64,000 bases of DNA from Octopus sinensis (GCF_006345805.1 NC_042999.1:42842001-42906000); one strand, 5' to 3'. Numbered from the stretch's first letter, positions 1-12,760 are shown. The notes: generated by a model not told the origin, from the letters alone. Program-made: numbers and translations.

Positions 1-15
1 TCTTTCTCTCTCTTT

Positions 16-52
<37 letters not shown>

Positions 53-142
53 TCTCTCACTCTCTCTCTCACTCTCTCTCTCACTCTCTCACTCTCTGTC
101 TTTTCTCTCTCTCTATATATATATATATATGTATATAAATAT

Positions 143-183
<41 letters not shown>

Positions 184-221
184 ATCCTCACACACACGCA
201 TATGTATGTATGTGTGTATGG

Positions 222-253
<32 letters not shown>

Positions 254-294
254 ATATATATACACGCATATGTATGTATGTGTGTATGGTATAT

Positions 295-326
<32 letters not shown>

Positions 327-330
327 AGAT
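1..330. repeat. (CT)n then (AT)n microsatellite tract
   Basis: Direct reading: (CT)n 1-112, then (AT)n with (GTAT) interruptions to about 330. Confidence 0.95.
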
Positions 331-851
331 ACGTGGAGTTTTTCGTCAGAGTGACTTAAACTAATAGGTATGCGATCTGAGTTCTGAAATAGGTATGCCA
401 CTAAAATTCCGCTTTGAACTGCCTTATCCAAAGCGCCTAGAAGTGACTTCCCTTAGGAAGAAAGACAAACAATTTAGTAAGACTTGGCAAGGCGTCTCGG
501 ATGACGAAATACTGAGCATATGGAATCTTCGCGCGGCGACACGATGTTCCAACAGCTGGGATATCCTAGAAATAGCTGTCAGACGCCGAGCAGCTGGATA
601 GTTGCCCGGGCCTTAAGGCAGCACTGCACACGTTATAAACTAAACAGCAACTATATCACCATCAGCATCATCAACAACAACACACAAACGCACATACACA
701 TACACACAAGCACGCACACACACACACACACGCAAACTATATTACATATGCTAAGTCGGTGTGTTATGTGCAAAGATGAGTTCTGCAGACATTGCAGAAA
801 GTCGTTAGAATTACCCCCTTCTATCCCTCTCTCACTCGTTCTCTCTCTTTC

Positions 852-886
<35 letters not shown>

Positions 887-939
887 TTTCTCTCTCTCTC
901 CCGCTTTCACTCTCTTTATTTCTTTCTCTTACATTGGTT

Positions 940-1100
940 TCAAATTTTGGCACAAAGCCAGCAATTTTAGGTGGGTAATCAGCCAATTACATCGACCCCA
1001 GTGTTCAACTAGTATAAGTTCCACAGACCTCGAAGTGATGAAAGGCAAAGTCAACCACGACACAATTTGAACTCAGGATGCAAAGATCCGGAAGAAATGC
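940..1100 (-). mobile_element. SINE family B fragment (central domain and tail)
   Basis: Reverse complement of the B central domain (gatgaaaggcaaagtcaacc) and of the tail ggcacaaagccagcaatttt; decayed. Confidence 0.6.
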
Positions 1101-1139
1101 AGCTAAAGATTCTCCCAGCTCCTCCCCTTTCTCTTATGT

Positions 1140-1537
1140 TGGTTTCAACATGTGGCACAAGGCCAGTAAGTTCGGAGGAGGGCGGAGGTTGATTACATCG
1201 ACCCCAAGGCTCAACTAGAACTTATTTTATCGACCCCGAAAGGATGAAAAGCAAAGTCGACCTCGGTGGAATTTGAACTTAGAACGTAAAAGCAAAGGAA
1301 ATACCTATTTCTTTACTACCCACAGGAGGCTAAACACAGAGAGGACAAACAGGGACAGATAAAACGGATTAAGTCGATTATATCGACCCCAGTGCGTAAC
1401 TGGTACTTGTTTAATCGACCCCGAAAGGATGAAAGGCAAAGTCGACCTCGGCGGAATTTGAGCTCAGAACATAACGGTGGACGAAATACCGCTCAGCATT
1501 TCGCCCGGCGTGCTAACGATTCTGGCAGCTCGCTGCC
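1140..1537 (-). mobile_element. tRNA-derived SINE family B, head-to-tail dimer
   Basis: Head ggcagcgagctgccagaatcgttagcacgccgggcgaaatgc (rc, ends 1537), B-box-like gagctcaaattcc, central aggtcgactttgcctttcatcctttcggggtcga. A second headless unit is joined at 1299-1320. Confidence 0.85.
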
Positions 1538-3407
1538 TTTCCTTTCTCTTATATTACCAGGTTTATGTATTTAGTTTTTACCGATGCAGACGACCGTCAC
1601 CATTTTTCCTTGAACTTCAGGTTTCGTTTGGAATGAACGTCGTATCTGATCAAGCTCACGTACAACATCCACTGTTATTGATTATTCCATATCTCAGTTG
1701 TATTCTATAATCAAATAAACATACGCGCGAGTTACCTTAATCATTCGCAGCCCTTTGCAAATGCTAACAGAATAGATCCTGTATGTTTACTCGGTGGATT
1801 AATTCAATAATTGTTCATTTAGACTAGAGATTAGCCTCTTCCAATTTGCTGAGATAATTAGAAAGAAATATTTACAACATATTGAATAATTTACTAATGA
1901 ATCATAAATTCACATTAATGTATCTTATCGTAGATTGGCCGAAATAATTTGCATCTACGACCAAAGAGTTCTCTTTTTCTTTCTTGCTTGCTCTCTCTCG
2001 CTATCTCCCTCTGTCTCTTTCTATATATCTCTCTCTCTTTCTTTCTTTCTCTCCATATAATTTGTGTAGTCGACATAATGCGGCGCCCGGTTTAACACCA
2101 TCATAAGGTCCTTGAGTAGCTTTAGCGATGTCTACTTTGTTGCAAGTCATTGAACCGTGTCACATCTCAAAACATTTCAAAAGTGATGGAACCTATATAA
2201 ATAGCATAACTTCTACAGAGCCAGATTTATTAAGAGCTTGCTCTCCTATATCTTTTCCAAGTGGGCCCTCACTCTTGAGAACCTGTTATTAGAAACCATC
2301 TTCTACTCTTGAAGCCCTACTCTTTTCAGCGGAAAACAGTATAACTTCTACCGAGCCAGATTTACTGAGGGCTCGCGGTCCTATATTTTCCCATAGGGAT
2401 CCCTCACTCTTGAGAAGTTCGACGAAAACAATGTCATTGCATATAACATTAATAAGACATTTTATTTTGTATTGCATAAAAAAATCTCCTGGCTTAACAG
2501 TCTGTTTATGGACCCCATTTGTTTCTAGTCGTTTGCGTTAGAAGCTTCCTGCCTGGTCAGGCCATACAAGGACAGGGACGTCTCTAATCCATATTTCATC
2601 AACCCCGGTATGTCCAAGAGTTAGTTATGTCGCCCACGCTTTCCATCGTTTGAATTAACGACGTACTGGCTATAACATCTAACAGCGCCCTCTTTTATGC
2701 ATTTGATATACTCTCTGCTCCTTCTTAACATTTCATACATAAATGTCTCAGCACATCAAATCCTACATCACTGCCTCCGCGAATAGGGAAATTTAAAATA
2801 TTTTCCCAATCTCATATAGTGAAATCTATGCCACAAATACTAGCCTTTTTCTTTCGATACAGAAAATACTTCAGCTCCGAATAGCTATTGACGCTCTATA
2901 AAGAATATTGCTCTTGAATTTCAAACATTGCCGCTACTCAACATAAAAACGTTCAAGACAGCATGAAAACGAAAGTTATCTGATTGATTGCTAAAGATTA
3001 ATACAACATTTTCCAGCCTTTAAGCCACTGACGCGTTCACTTGTACCGTTACAACAACGGTCTCTATTCGCCCATTCTTTGTCTTCTTCACAGGTACCTT
3101 ATTAACAGCTATTCTAAGTTCTTACGCCCTACAACTATGGAATTTCTTTACTGCCACGCCCAAACTCACCTCGGTGTCAAATTACGGCCGTTCAAACCGT
3201 TTGTCAAGCTTATCAAAATCACTAAGGCCGAGTAGCTTGTGAAGATCGTAGACATAGTCCTTGTACTCTCGGCAGAAATCATTAAAAAAAAAGACGAAGC
3301 AATAATTCCACGCTCAATAAAAATACTTTTCATTATCAGAAATGCAGATAAGGAATTGTGCACTGGAACTAAATTATTTTCCCTTCTAGATTATCTAAAG
3401 GGTATCT

Positions 3408-3648
3408 TATTTCTTTACTGCCCACAAGGGGCTAAATACACAGAGGACAAACAAGGACAGACACACGGATTAAGTCGATTACACCTACCTCAGTGCGTAA
3501 ATGGTACTTATTTAATCGACCCCGAAAGGATGTAAGGCAAAATCGACCTCGGCGGAATTTGAACTTAGAATGTAACGGCAGACGAAAGACGAAAAACCGG
3601 TAAGCATTTCGCCCGGAGTGCTAACGTTTCTGCCAGCTCGCCGCCTTG
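3408..3648 (-). mobile_element. SINE family B, full length, with 16-bp target-site duplication
   Basis: Head, central domain and tail are present. TSD tatctaaagggtatct at 3392-3407 and 3649-3664. Confidence 0.9.
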
Positions 3649-5094
3649 TATCTAAAGGGTATCTATCGTATTTTAATGCGTATAAGGAACCCATTTTTTT
3701 ATCAAAAAATTTGGTTAAAAAATATGGGAGTTTCTTATACATGGATAGTATTATAGATATTAATAAATTACTTAATTCCTCAAACCTCAAATCTCTAAAT
3801 TAGTGGGTTCCATATACATGAGGGTTCTATATACACGTTAAAATACGATAATTTGCTGTTTATTTTTATTAGAGTTTTATTTCGTAAAGTAATTAATTTT
3901 GAAACACTAATCCTTTCAATAGTCACACAATGACTCAAATGGCCAATAAGTATTATTTGCAGTGTCATCAGTCTTTCAACAGACCAGAAATAAATTTCTT
4001 CCCAATCAAGCTAGTCTGCTCAAAGTCGACTAGCGCCCAGTAGAGATTAGATACAGTTTAAAATATTAGCTAAGGAAACAACACAACTTCCCTAGTTGAA
4101 TACAAATTAGAGATATGGTCTATTTGTGATTAGGAACTCTGTCATCGAAACTGAATTCCCTCGATTGGTGATGCTATAAAGAATTCAGCTTCTGCTCATC
4201 TTTTCCTACAAAAATTTAAACAAATGTAAACTTAAGTAGCGTAGACGCATGCAGTGACTTTGTTATATTTATGGGTTTCCATATTTAATATCTGACTATA
4301 CTCACATAGCACATAGCCTCCATATATTACCGCAAATTTCTGTAACAGAGGTTGGACAGTAAAAATTTAGACAGCAACAAGATCAAATGATTAATAGTGG
4401 TGTTCATGTCATTCTCTAAGCACTTTAGCAGATGCCAGCGAAATGGTGAGCCGTCGGGAATTAACGGTTAGTCGCGGTGACGGCTTTTAGAGAACATATT
4501 TTCTTTCTTTGTTCATGTTATTTAGCCAAGGTCATCCCTCATAGAACAGATTTATTTTCAGAAGGTGTTTTAAATCGTGACTATCCTGTCTTTTCTCTCA
4601 GACATAGTGTATCTATGTATCCTTCGTTTTTTAGACGGTAATGTGAGATTTTGGAGTAAGTCGAACGTTCGTGCAGCGACTCATTCGTATGACCCTCTGG
4701 CATTCATTGATAAGGTGTATAAATGATCAGCAATGAGTCACGCAGGACCCTTCAACAATATTGAAAATAAAACCATTTTAAGATATTCAAAGATACTGCC
4801 TTGGCCGTCAAGTTAAAAAGTTCCTTTCCATTCACAACTTGATTAGAGATCCCGTAAAGGAGACCTCGTAGGTTCGTTAAAATTATTGTGCTATTTTTTT
4901 TATAGGCACATCAGGTACAAATCCTGCTGAGATCAACAATGCCCTTTACCCTTCCGAGGTCGATAAAATAACTAGTCAAGTAATAGGGTGGATATAATTT
5001 CGTAGTTCTCAAGCTGAAAAATATCCTGCCTCCCACAAAAAAAAACTAGTAAAATTTTTTGCTACTCTTTCTCCCAATCATTATTAATCGTTTC

Positions 5095-5280
5095 TAATTT
5101 AGGCACAAGGCCAGCAATTTTGAGAAGAAAGAATTAGTCAACACCACAGACTCTAGTACTTCGTGGGCTAATACGTTATTTCATCGACCTCTAAAGGATG
5201 ACAAGCAAAGTTGACGTTGACGGAAATTGAACTCAGCCGGAAGATATATCGCAAGGTATTTTTCCGCTGCTCTAACGTTT
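5095..5280 (-). mobile_element. Decayed SINE family B copy
   Basis: rc of the central domain (aaaggatgacaagcaaagttgac) and the ggcacaaggccagcaatttt tail. Confidence 0.6.
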
Positions 5281-5299
5281 CCGTTTGCATCTAGAAAGT

Positions 5300-5572
5300 T
5301 CCCCTGTAAGGGACAAGTGTGAGCAAGAAAGTTCATGGAAGACCAGCTGTCACCCATGCATACCAGTCTCTTCTCTCTACCCAACCGATGTTGTCCAAAG
5401 GAAAGGCAAAAGCCCATACAGCTTGGCATCAGTGAAGTCGCAACTCACTTCTACAGATGAATACACAGGAGTAATGTGAAATAAAGTGTCTTGCTCAAGA
5501 AAACAGCACACAGACCGGTTCGGGAATCGAACTCACTACTTCATGATTGCGAGCCCGACATCCTAACCAATA
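5300..5572 (-). mobile_element. CORE-like tRNA SINE family C
   Basis: rc reads tRNA-like head (gagttcgattccc), CORE-like cttgagcaagacacttta, then tail ggacaacatcgg...ctggtatgcatgggtgacagctggtcttccat shared with 7857-8108. Confidence 0.7.
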
Positions 5573-5775
5573 AAGGCGCATTGAGAGATACTTGACTGCT
5601 ATTTTTAATATACCAATTGTCCACATGACAGAATCCTCTTTGGACCATTATGTTCGGGTTGGAGCGTGTTGCTTTTATGCCACATCAATATATCTTACCC
5701 GTTTCTGTGCTTTCTTCAACCCCAGCGCTATTGCCAGCTGACAGTTTGGTAGTCTCTTGTAGTCCAAGAAAGATT

Positions 5776-6180
5776 GCGGCGAGCTGGCAGAATCGTTAGC
5801 ACGTCGAGCGAAATGCTTAGCGGTATTTCGTCTGCCGTTACGTTGTGAGTTCAAATTCCGCCGAGGTCGACTTTGCCTTTCATCCTTTCGGGGTCAATTA
5901 AATAAGTACCAGTTACGCACTGGGGTCGATGTAATCGACCTAATCTGTCCTTGTTTGTCCTTTCTATGTTTAGCCCCTTGTGGGTAGTAAAGAAATAGGT
6001 ATTTTGTCTGCCGTTACGTTCTGAGTTCAAATTCTGCTGAGGTCGACTTTGCCTTTCATCCTTTCGGGGTCGATAAATTAAGTACCAGTTACGCACAGGG
6101 GTCGATGTAATTGACTTAATCCCTTTGTCCTTGTTTGTCTCCTCTATGTTTAACCCCTTGTGGGCAATAAAGAAATAAGA
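5776..6180 (+). mobile_element. SINE family B head-to-tail dimer
   Basis: gcggcgagctggcagaatcgttagcacg head; the central domain and tail each occur twice; junction ggtagtaaagaaataggtattt at 5983-6004. Confidence 0.9.
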
Positions 6181-6202
6181 AAGATTGTGCCCTGCAATTT
6201 TT

Positions 6203-6852
<650 letters not shown>

Positions 6853-6879
6853 ACAACTTCACAGATTATTTGTTTATAG

Positions 6880-7090
6880 GGATTAAATGTTTGTGCTGCA
6901 CATAAGCTCACTCCCCCAACCAAATCTACATTGCCTGCCAGCACAGGTGCACAGTGTGTCACACGTCAGATGCCAAAGTGATTGCAGAACAATGAAGTGT
7001 TTTGCTCAAGACCACAACGTGCCACTCGGTCTGGGAATCGAAACTACAATCTAACGATCATGAGTACAACACTGATCACTAGGCCACAAG
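6880..7090 (-). mobile_element. CORE-like tRNA SINE with a different tail
   Basis: rc head with gtttcgattccc, then cttgagcaaaacacttcatt; tail differs from family C. Confidence 0.55.
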
Positions 7091-7139
7091 CACACAAACC
7101 ACCAGACAGTACGGTGCGTGATTTGGGAGACATTTACTC

Positions 7140-7542
7140 TCTCTCTTTTACTTTTACTTGTTTCAGTCATGTGACTGTGGCCATACTGGAGCACCGCCTT
7201 TAGTCGAGGATATCGACCCCAGGACTTATTCTTTGTAAGCCTAGTACTTATTCTATCGGTCTGTTTTGCCGAACCGCTAAGTTACGGGACGTAAACACAC
7301 CAGCATCGGTTGTCAAGCGATGTTGGGGGGGACAAACACAGACACACAAACATATACACACACATACATATATGTATACATATATACGACGGGCTTCTTT
7401 CAGTTTCCGTCTACCAAATCCACTTACAAGGCTTTGGTCAGCCCGAGGCTATAGTAGAAGACACTTGCCCAAGGTGCCACGCAGTGGGACTGAACCCGGA
7501 ACCATGTGGTTGGTAAGCAAGCTACTTACCACACAGCCACTC
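7140..7542 (-). mobile_element. SINE family A
   Basis: Same head, CORE-like segment and tail as 6203-6852; interrupts a local repeat also seen at 8820-8941. Confidence 0.9.
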
Positions 7543-7856
7543 GACTGCTATTTCTAGCATGACGGTCGACCGCATAAACGCATCATCTTTGGGCCATTAC
7601 GTTCGGTTTGAACCAAGTAGTTTTAGTGCCTCATCAATTTATCTTTCCCATCTTTCCCTTTTCCTTTTCTTTCTTCTACCCCAGCCCCACTATCACCAGA
7701 TTATCACGGTGCATAAAAGAATAGCGCTGTAGTTTACTTGGGGTACTCTGATACGGAAGTAAAGTAACAGAAAACAAGGAGAGCATCCAACAACGCGAAA
7801 CACATTTCTAAACCGTGTATGTATGATGACGAGTCTTTATGCCTGAAACATATAAA

Positions 7857-8108
7857 GCAAGACACTTCATTTCCCGTTACTCCAGTTTACTCAGCTGTAG
7901 GAATCAGTTACGACATCACTGGTGTCAAGCTGTATCAGCCTTTGCCTTCCCCTTCGACAACATCGGAGGAATGGAGAGGGGACACTGGTATGCATAGGCG
8001 ACAGCTGGTCTTCCATTAACAACTTTGCCCGGACTTGTGCCTCGGGTGGTGGTAGGGGACTTTCTAGGTGCAATCCCGTGGTCATTCATGACCGAAGGGG
8101 GCCTTTAC
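7857..8108 (+). mobile_element. SINE family C, 5'-truncated
   Basis: gcaagacacttcattt...gacaacatcggg...ctggtatgcataggcgacagctggtcttccat...ggtcattcatgaccgaaggg; homologous to 5300-5572. Confidence 0.7.
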
Positions 8109-8171
8109 CGCCTTATTTTTATATAAGGGTTACTCACTTCTCATTTTATCGCATTATTTGTAGCTCTCCTA

Positions 8172-8408
8172 AGGTGGCGAGCTGGCAGAATCGTTAGAAC
8201 ATCAGACAAAATGCTTAGTAACATTTCGTCTGTCTTTAAGTTCTGAGTTCAAATTCCACTGAGGTCGACTTTACCTTTCATCTTTTCTAGCTCGATAAAA
8301 TAAATACCAATCAAGAACTGGAGTCGATGTAATCGACTAGCTCCTACCCCTTAAAATTTCAGGCCCTTTGTCTTTACAGGTCCTGTGCCTATAGTAGAAA
8401 GGATTATT
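8172..8408 (+). mobile_element. SINE family B with the alternative (cctt)gtgccta tail
   Basis: ggtggcgagctggcagaatcgttag head, central domain, tail aaaatttcaggcc...tgtgcctatagtagaaaggatt. Confidence 0.8.
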
Positions 8409-8469
8409 AGACGCTCTTCTTCTTTTACAATACTTTAATTGGGAAATAATTCTGAAGATGGAGATGTGC

Positions 8470-8705
8470 AAAGTAGTGGTTCGAGTGCAGTACTCGTGAT
8501 CGTGTGATTGTAGTTTCGATGCCTAGACTGGGCGATGAATTGGTTGCTCTTGAGCAAAACGCTTCATTTCCCGCTGCTTCAGTTGGCAAAAATGAGTAAT
8601 CCTGCGATGGAGTGACGCCCCATCTAGGGGTGTGGGGAATATGTACGCCACGAAATCCGGGAAACCCAGCCTTATCAGCCTGCGGCTTGCAAGGGACAGT
8701 TTTAC
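8470..8705 (+). mobile_element. CORE-like tRNA SINE with a third tail type
   Basis: gtagtggttcgagtgc...gtttcgatgcct head, ctcttgagcaaaacgcttcattt CORE-like segment, tail cctgcgatggagtgacgcccatctagggg. Confidence 0.55.
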
Positions 8706-9139
8706 TTTCTTGTTTCATATTTTGATAATTCTCAAGAACGGCCAGTTTGGGAGTCTAGCTTACAATCTCGCAATCGTGAGTGCAACACACTAGCCACTAA
8801 GCCACAAGCCCTCAAACCATAAGACAGTACAGTGCGCCATTTGGGAGACCTTTGTCTGTTATTTCTAGCATGACGGTCGACCGCATAAACGCATCGTCCT
8901 TACGCTATTATGTTCGGGTTGAAACAAATAGTTTTAGTGCCACATTGTCTAGACAACTTACGTATCTATGTTGTAATATTTCACCTGCTATTGAAGAAAT
9001 GATTAATATTCATGGAAATGTGTTTTATATAGACTCACTGAATTAGACAGAGAAAGAAAGGTGAGTGACGCAAATTAATTAATGAATGATGCATTCCATC
9101 ATGATTCATTGGTGATCAAATAGGAGAGACATGTTGTAT

Positions 9140-9259
9140 GTACGTATGTGTGTGTGCGCGTACGTTTGCGTGTGTAGACATCGTTTGTGCGTGTGTGAAT
9201 GTGTGTGTGTTTGTGTGTGTGTGTGCATATATATATGTGTGTGTATGTGTATGTGTGTG

Positions 9260-9338
<79 letters not shown>

Positions 9339-9472
9339 TATATATATGTAATATATATGTGTATATAATATATTATATATATAATGTATATATATATATA
9401 TATATAATGTATATATATAATATTTATATATATATATATATATGTTATATATAATATATATTATATTATATA

Positions 9473-9503
<31 letters not shown>

Positions 9504-9512
9504 ATATATATA
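9140..9512. repeat. (GT)n/(AT)n compound microsatellite
   Basis: Direct reading. Confidence 0.95.
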
Positions 9513-9514
9513 TT

Positions 9515-10038
9515 AATAACATTGTCTATTTTTCGTCCTTGTTTTCGTATACATTCGATGCTTTCTTCCAAGGAATCTAATGCTCTTAGCTTAGTTTTTC
9601 CTTGCGGCTGGCCAGATTGGAGCAATCTCAAGATTAATCAGCCGAAATTGCGAGGATGATCCGGTTCTTGACTGAGGATAGAAAGCTTGGAATGACCCGT
9701 TCCTGTGTTTTTTTTTTTTTATATCGTCTATCTGGATGTTTTGTTGTCCCTTTTTGCATCACCTAGTTGTCCGGATGTTTTACATTCTTGTCCCATTTGT
9801 ATTTTATATATATATATATAAAAGGACGCCATGATAGATCGTTAGCTCTTACACGCATTTTTTTCTCTCCTTTTTTTATCTCCTTGTTTCTCTCCTTGTT
9901 TTTTTCCGTGTATCTTTCTGTCGAAGAGCGTAGGCTCGAAACGTAAAAGTCTTTTTCTATTCCTGAGCGCTTTACTAATACATTTGTTTGTTTGTACTCC
10001 ACCTGCCTTCGTCTTTTGTTTATTTTCGTAAACTTTCC

Positions 10039-10043
<5 letters not shown>
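9515..10043 (+). mobile_element. Penelope-type terminal-repeat (pLTR)-like non-autonomous element
   Basis: Pyrimidine-rich body flanked by (TA)n, carrying a minimal hammerhead-like motif at 9914-9949. The segment gaagagc..gctcgaaacgt...ttcctgagcg is shared with 25395-25660(-). Confidence 0.6.
9914..9949 (+). ncRNA. Minimal type I hammerhead ribozyme, degenerate (A6>U)
   Basis: CTTT-CTGTCGA-A-GAGC gtag GCTC-GAAA-CG-TA-AAAG: stems I and II and palindromic ACGT stem III are present; the core reads CUGUCGA instead of CUGANGA. Confidence 0.6.
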
Positions 10044-10069
<26 letters not shown>

Positions 10070-10084
10070 GATATATATATATCC

Positions 10085-10118
<34 letters not shown>

Positions 10119-10134
10119 ATATATATATATATCC

Positions 10135-10181
<47 letters not shown>

Positions 10182-10187
<6 letters not shown>

Positions 10188-10496
10188 CATAATTTGCTGG
10201 ACTAGATGCAAAAAACGATACCGAAGTGCCGCATGCATAAAGTACAACCGATTAAGTTCGAATGTATCTTTCAAATGCCTTTGCTTTTGGCGCGCTGAGA
10301 CTCGAAAAACCAGCCAGCAGCTAATAATTAGCAGCAGTAAATTTATCGGTTTAAGAACATATTTTATATTAAAATTAATTAAGGGTAGAAATTGATATTA
10401 GTCAATTAAAACCAGTGGACTAGCATATTAAAAAGAATCCGAAGATTAAAATATTTATATATACCTTCGTCTTTTGTTTATTTTCGTAAACTTTCC

Positions 10497-10550
<54 letters not shown>

Positions 10551-10862
10551 GGAAAGTTTACGAAAATAACAAAAGACGAAGGTATTATAAAATATTTTAA
10601 TCTTCGGATTCTTTTTAATATGCTAGTCCACTGGTTTTAATTGACTAATATCAATTTCTACCTTAATTAATTTTATATAAAATATGTTCTTAAACCGATA
10701 AATTTACTGCTGCTAATTATTAGCTGCTGGCTGGTTTTTCGAGTCTCAGCGCGCCAAAAGCAAAGGCATTTGAAAGATACATTCGAACTTAATCGGTTGT
10801 ACTTTATGCATGCGGCACTTCGGTATCGTTTTTTGCATCTAGTCCAGCAAATTATGTTCATA
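10182..10862. repeat. 681-bp near-perfect palindrome centred on (TA)n
   Basis: 10182-10500 is the reverse complement of 10547-10862 except for a few small, mainly indel, differences; the (TA)n spacer is itself self-complementary. Confidence 0.95.
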
Positions 10863-11125
10863 ACAGGCTATGCTGACGAAGTTACAGATATCCTCGCGGA
10901 TATTAATAACTGAAACTGATCGGTACATTATTTCATTTCGTATATTTTCATTTGTCTTATTTATTGCTTCATATATATAGGTAAGACGGTTTTTTTTCTC
11001 TATTTTGTTGCACACACGCATTTTTACTAATACATACGCGGTGAAGCTACACTTTAGCGTCGTATTTTTACGTTCGCTATTTCCAGTAAATATCGGTACT
11101 TTGTTGTGCCATTTATTTACTAATT
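10547..11125 (+). mobile_element. pLTR-like element carrying a hammerhead ribozyme
   Basis: Flanked by (TA)n on both sides; contains a canonical-core hammerhead at 10870-10928; its 5' part is duplicated in inverted orientation. Confidence 0.55.
10870..10928 (+). ncRNA. Type I hammerhead ribozyme with intact catalytic core
   Basis: ATG-CTGACGA-AGTTA(..ATATCC tcgc GGATAT..)TAACT-GAAA-CT gatc GG-TA-CAT: stem I 3 bp, stem II 5+6 bp, stem III 3 bp near-palindromic, GUA cleavage triplet at 10923-10925. Confidence 0.75.
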
Positions 11126-11272
11126 TGTGTATATATATATATATTATATATATATATATATATTATATATAATATATAATTATGTATGTACGTATGTATG
11201 TATGTATGTATGTATGTATGTATGTATGTATGTATGTATGTATGTATTTGCGATATGTACACACGATACATA

Positions 11273-12760
11273 CATATTATGTATATGTGTGACAAATTTA
11301 TAGGCTGACTATGAAGGAGTGATGCTAGAGGTGTGAAATCTTGCATACATTAATTTCAACTCTCCTTCCTATTAATAACTGCATTGTTTCTTTCCAGCTT
11401 AACCGACATCTAACTGTTCAGAGGACATTTCAGAAGTAACTAGTAGCGACTTCTCTTGAAACTGGACAAAATTCAGCATCGTAGTGTTATCAAATAGCTG
11501 CAGAAAATGGGTTTTTAACCCCCAACGACATTCATGTTGATATGGTTGCTGTGTTAGGGGATGCCGCTTCAACTTTATCAACAGAGCAAAAGTGGGCAGC
11601 TGAATTTAGGAGGGGAACGGAGAGTGTTGGAGATGATCTGCGGCTGCCACCACCGAAGAAAATATTGATCGCGCTTACGACATGGTGATGGATGAGGCGA
11701 TTGACTATAAATCAAATTGGCAATGATATTAACATATCCCGTGAGAGAGTTGAGAATATTGTACTCAATGAACTTGGCATGATGAAGGTTTCTGTTCGGT
11801 GGGCGCCATGTCTTCTGACACCTGATCAAAAGCGCACCAGGCTAATCACATCAAGGGGGAAATCGAACATTGTCTGAGGCAGATCCAGCTGGCTTCTTTG
11901 AACGTTTCCTAACCCAGGATGAGTGTTGGATTCATCACTTTGAGCCAGAGGCAAAGAGACAATCCATGCAGTGAAAAGAACCTTCCTCACCTGCTTCAAA
12001 GAAGGTCATACTCGTTTCATCTGCAGCAAAGGTGATGGCTTCTGCTTTTTGAGTTGCAAATGGCATTGTGTTTAATTTCTACCTTCAAAAGGGCCACATC
12101 ATCAATAGAGACTACGATTCCAACTTGCTGAGGTAGTTACGAAGAGCTATCAAGACCAAATACTCAGGAAAACTGATGAAAGGTGTCCTGTTTCATGAGT
12201 ACAATGCGCCTTCGTTTCAATGGCTGCTCTGCGCAGCTGCGACTTTGAACTAGTTGATCACCTTCCCTGTTCTCCTGATTTAGTCCCATCTGACTCTCAT
12301 CTATTCCCCAGCTTGAAAGACACTTGGCTGAGAAGCAATATCGCAGTGCTGTTGATGACTTTTTTGTCCAACAGGTTGAAAGCTTCTTCACCAATTAGAT
12401 CCAAACACTGCCATACTGATGGAGGACGTTTGTGGACCACAAGGGGACTATATTCTTTTCTACTTAAGGCACAAGGTCTGAAATCTTTGGGGAGGGGGCC
12501 AGTCGATTAGATCGACCCCAGGACGCAACTGGTACTTAATTTATCGACCCCGAAAGGATGAAAGGCAGAGTCGACCTCGGCGGAATTTGAACTCAGAACC
12601 TGAAGACAGACGAAATACCGCTCATCATTTCGCTCGGCTTGCTTACGTTTCTGCCAGTTCGCTGCAAGGGGACTGTATTGAAAAATAAACCTCATTTGCT
12701 CACATTCCATGAGAGTGTCTTCGTCAGCCTATGAATTTGCACACATGCATACATAATATG
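11273..12760 (+). mobile_element. Full-length decayed mariner (Tc1/mariner D,D34D) transposon
   Basis: TIRs of about 37 bp at 11273-11309 and 12723-12760 (caaatt(t/c)ataggctgac). Transposase relic reads RRLTINQI...WAPCLLTPDQK (WVPxxL motif), FLTQDECWIH, LFHEYNA, CSPDLVPSD (YSPDLAPxD motif), KGDCIEK*. Many stops and frameshifts. Confidence 0.9.
12455..12664 (-). mobile_element. SINE family B inserted in the mariner 3' end
   Basis: Full head, central domain and tail; 15-bp TSD caaggggact(a/g)tatt at 12440-12454 and 12665-12679. Confidence 0.9.

Noticed and set aside
2203-2420. About 135-bp diverged direct duplication
   Set aside because: Two copies only, with no TIRs, ORF or structure identified; ordinary decay product.
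5776-5860. SINE heads as real tRNA genes
   Set aside because: A and B boxes are present but there is no complete cloverleaf, and each continues into SINE central and tail sequence.
12721-12727. Minus-strand CTGACGA
   Set aside because: Overlaps the mariner TIR; no GAAA or stems nearby.
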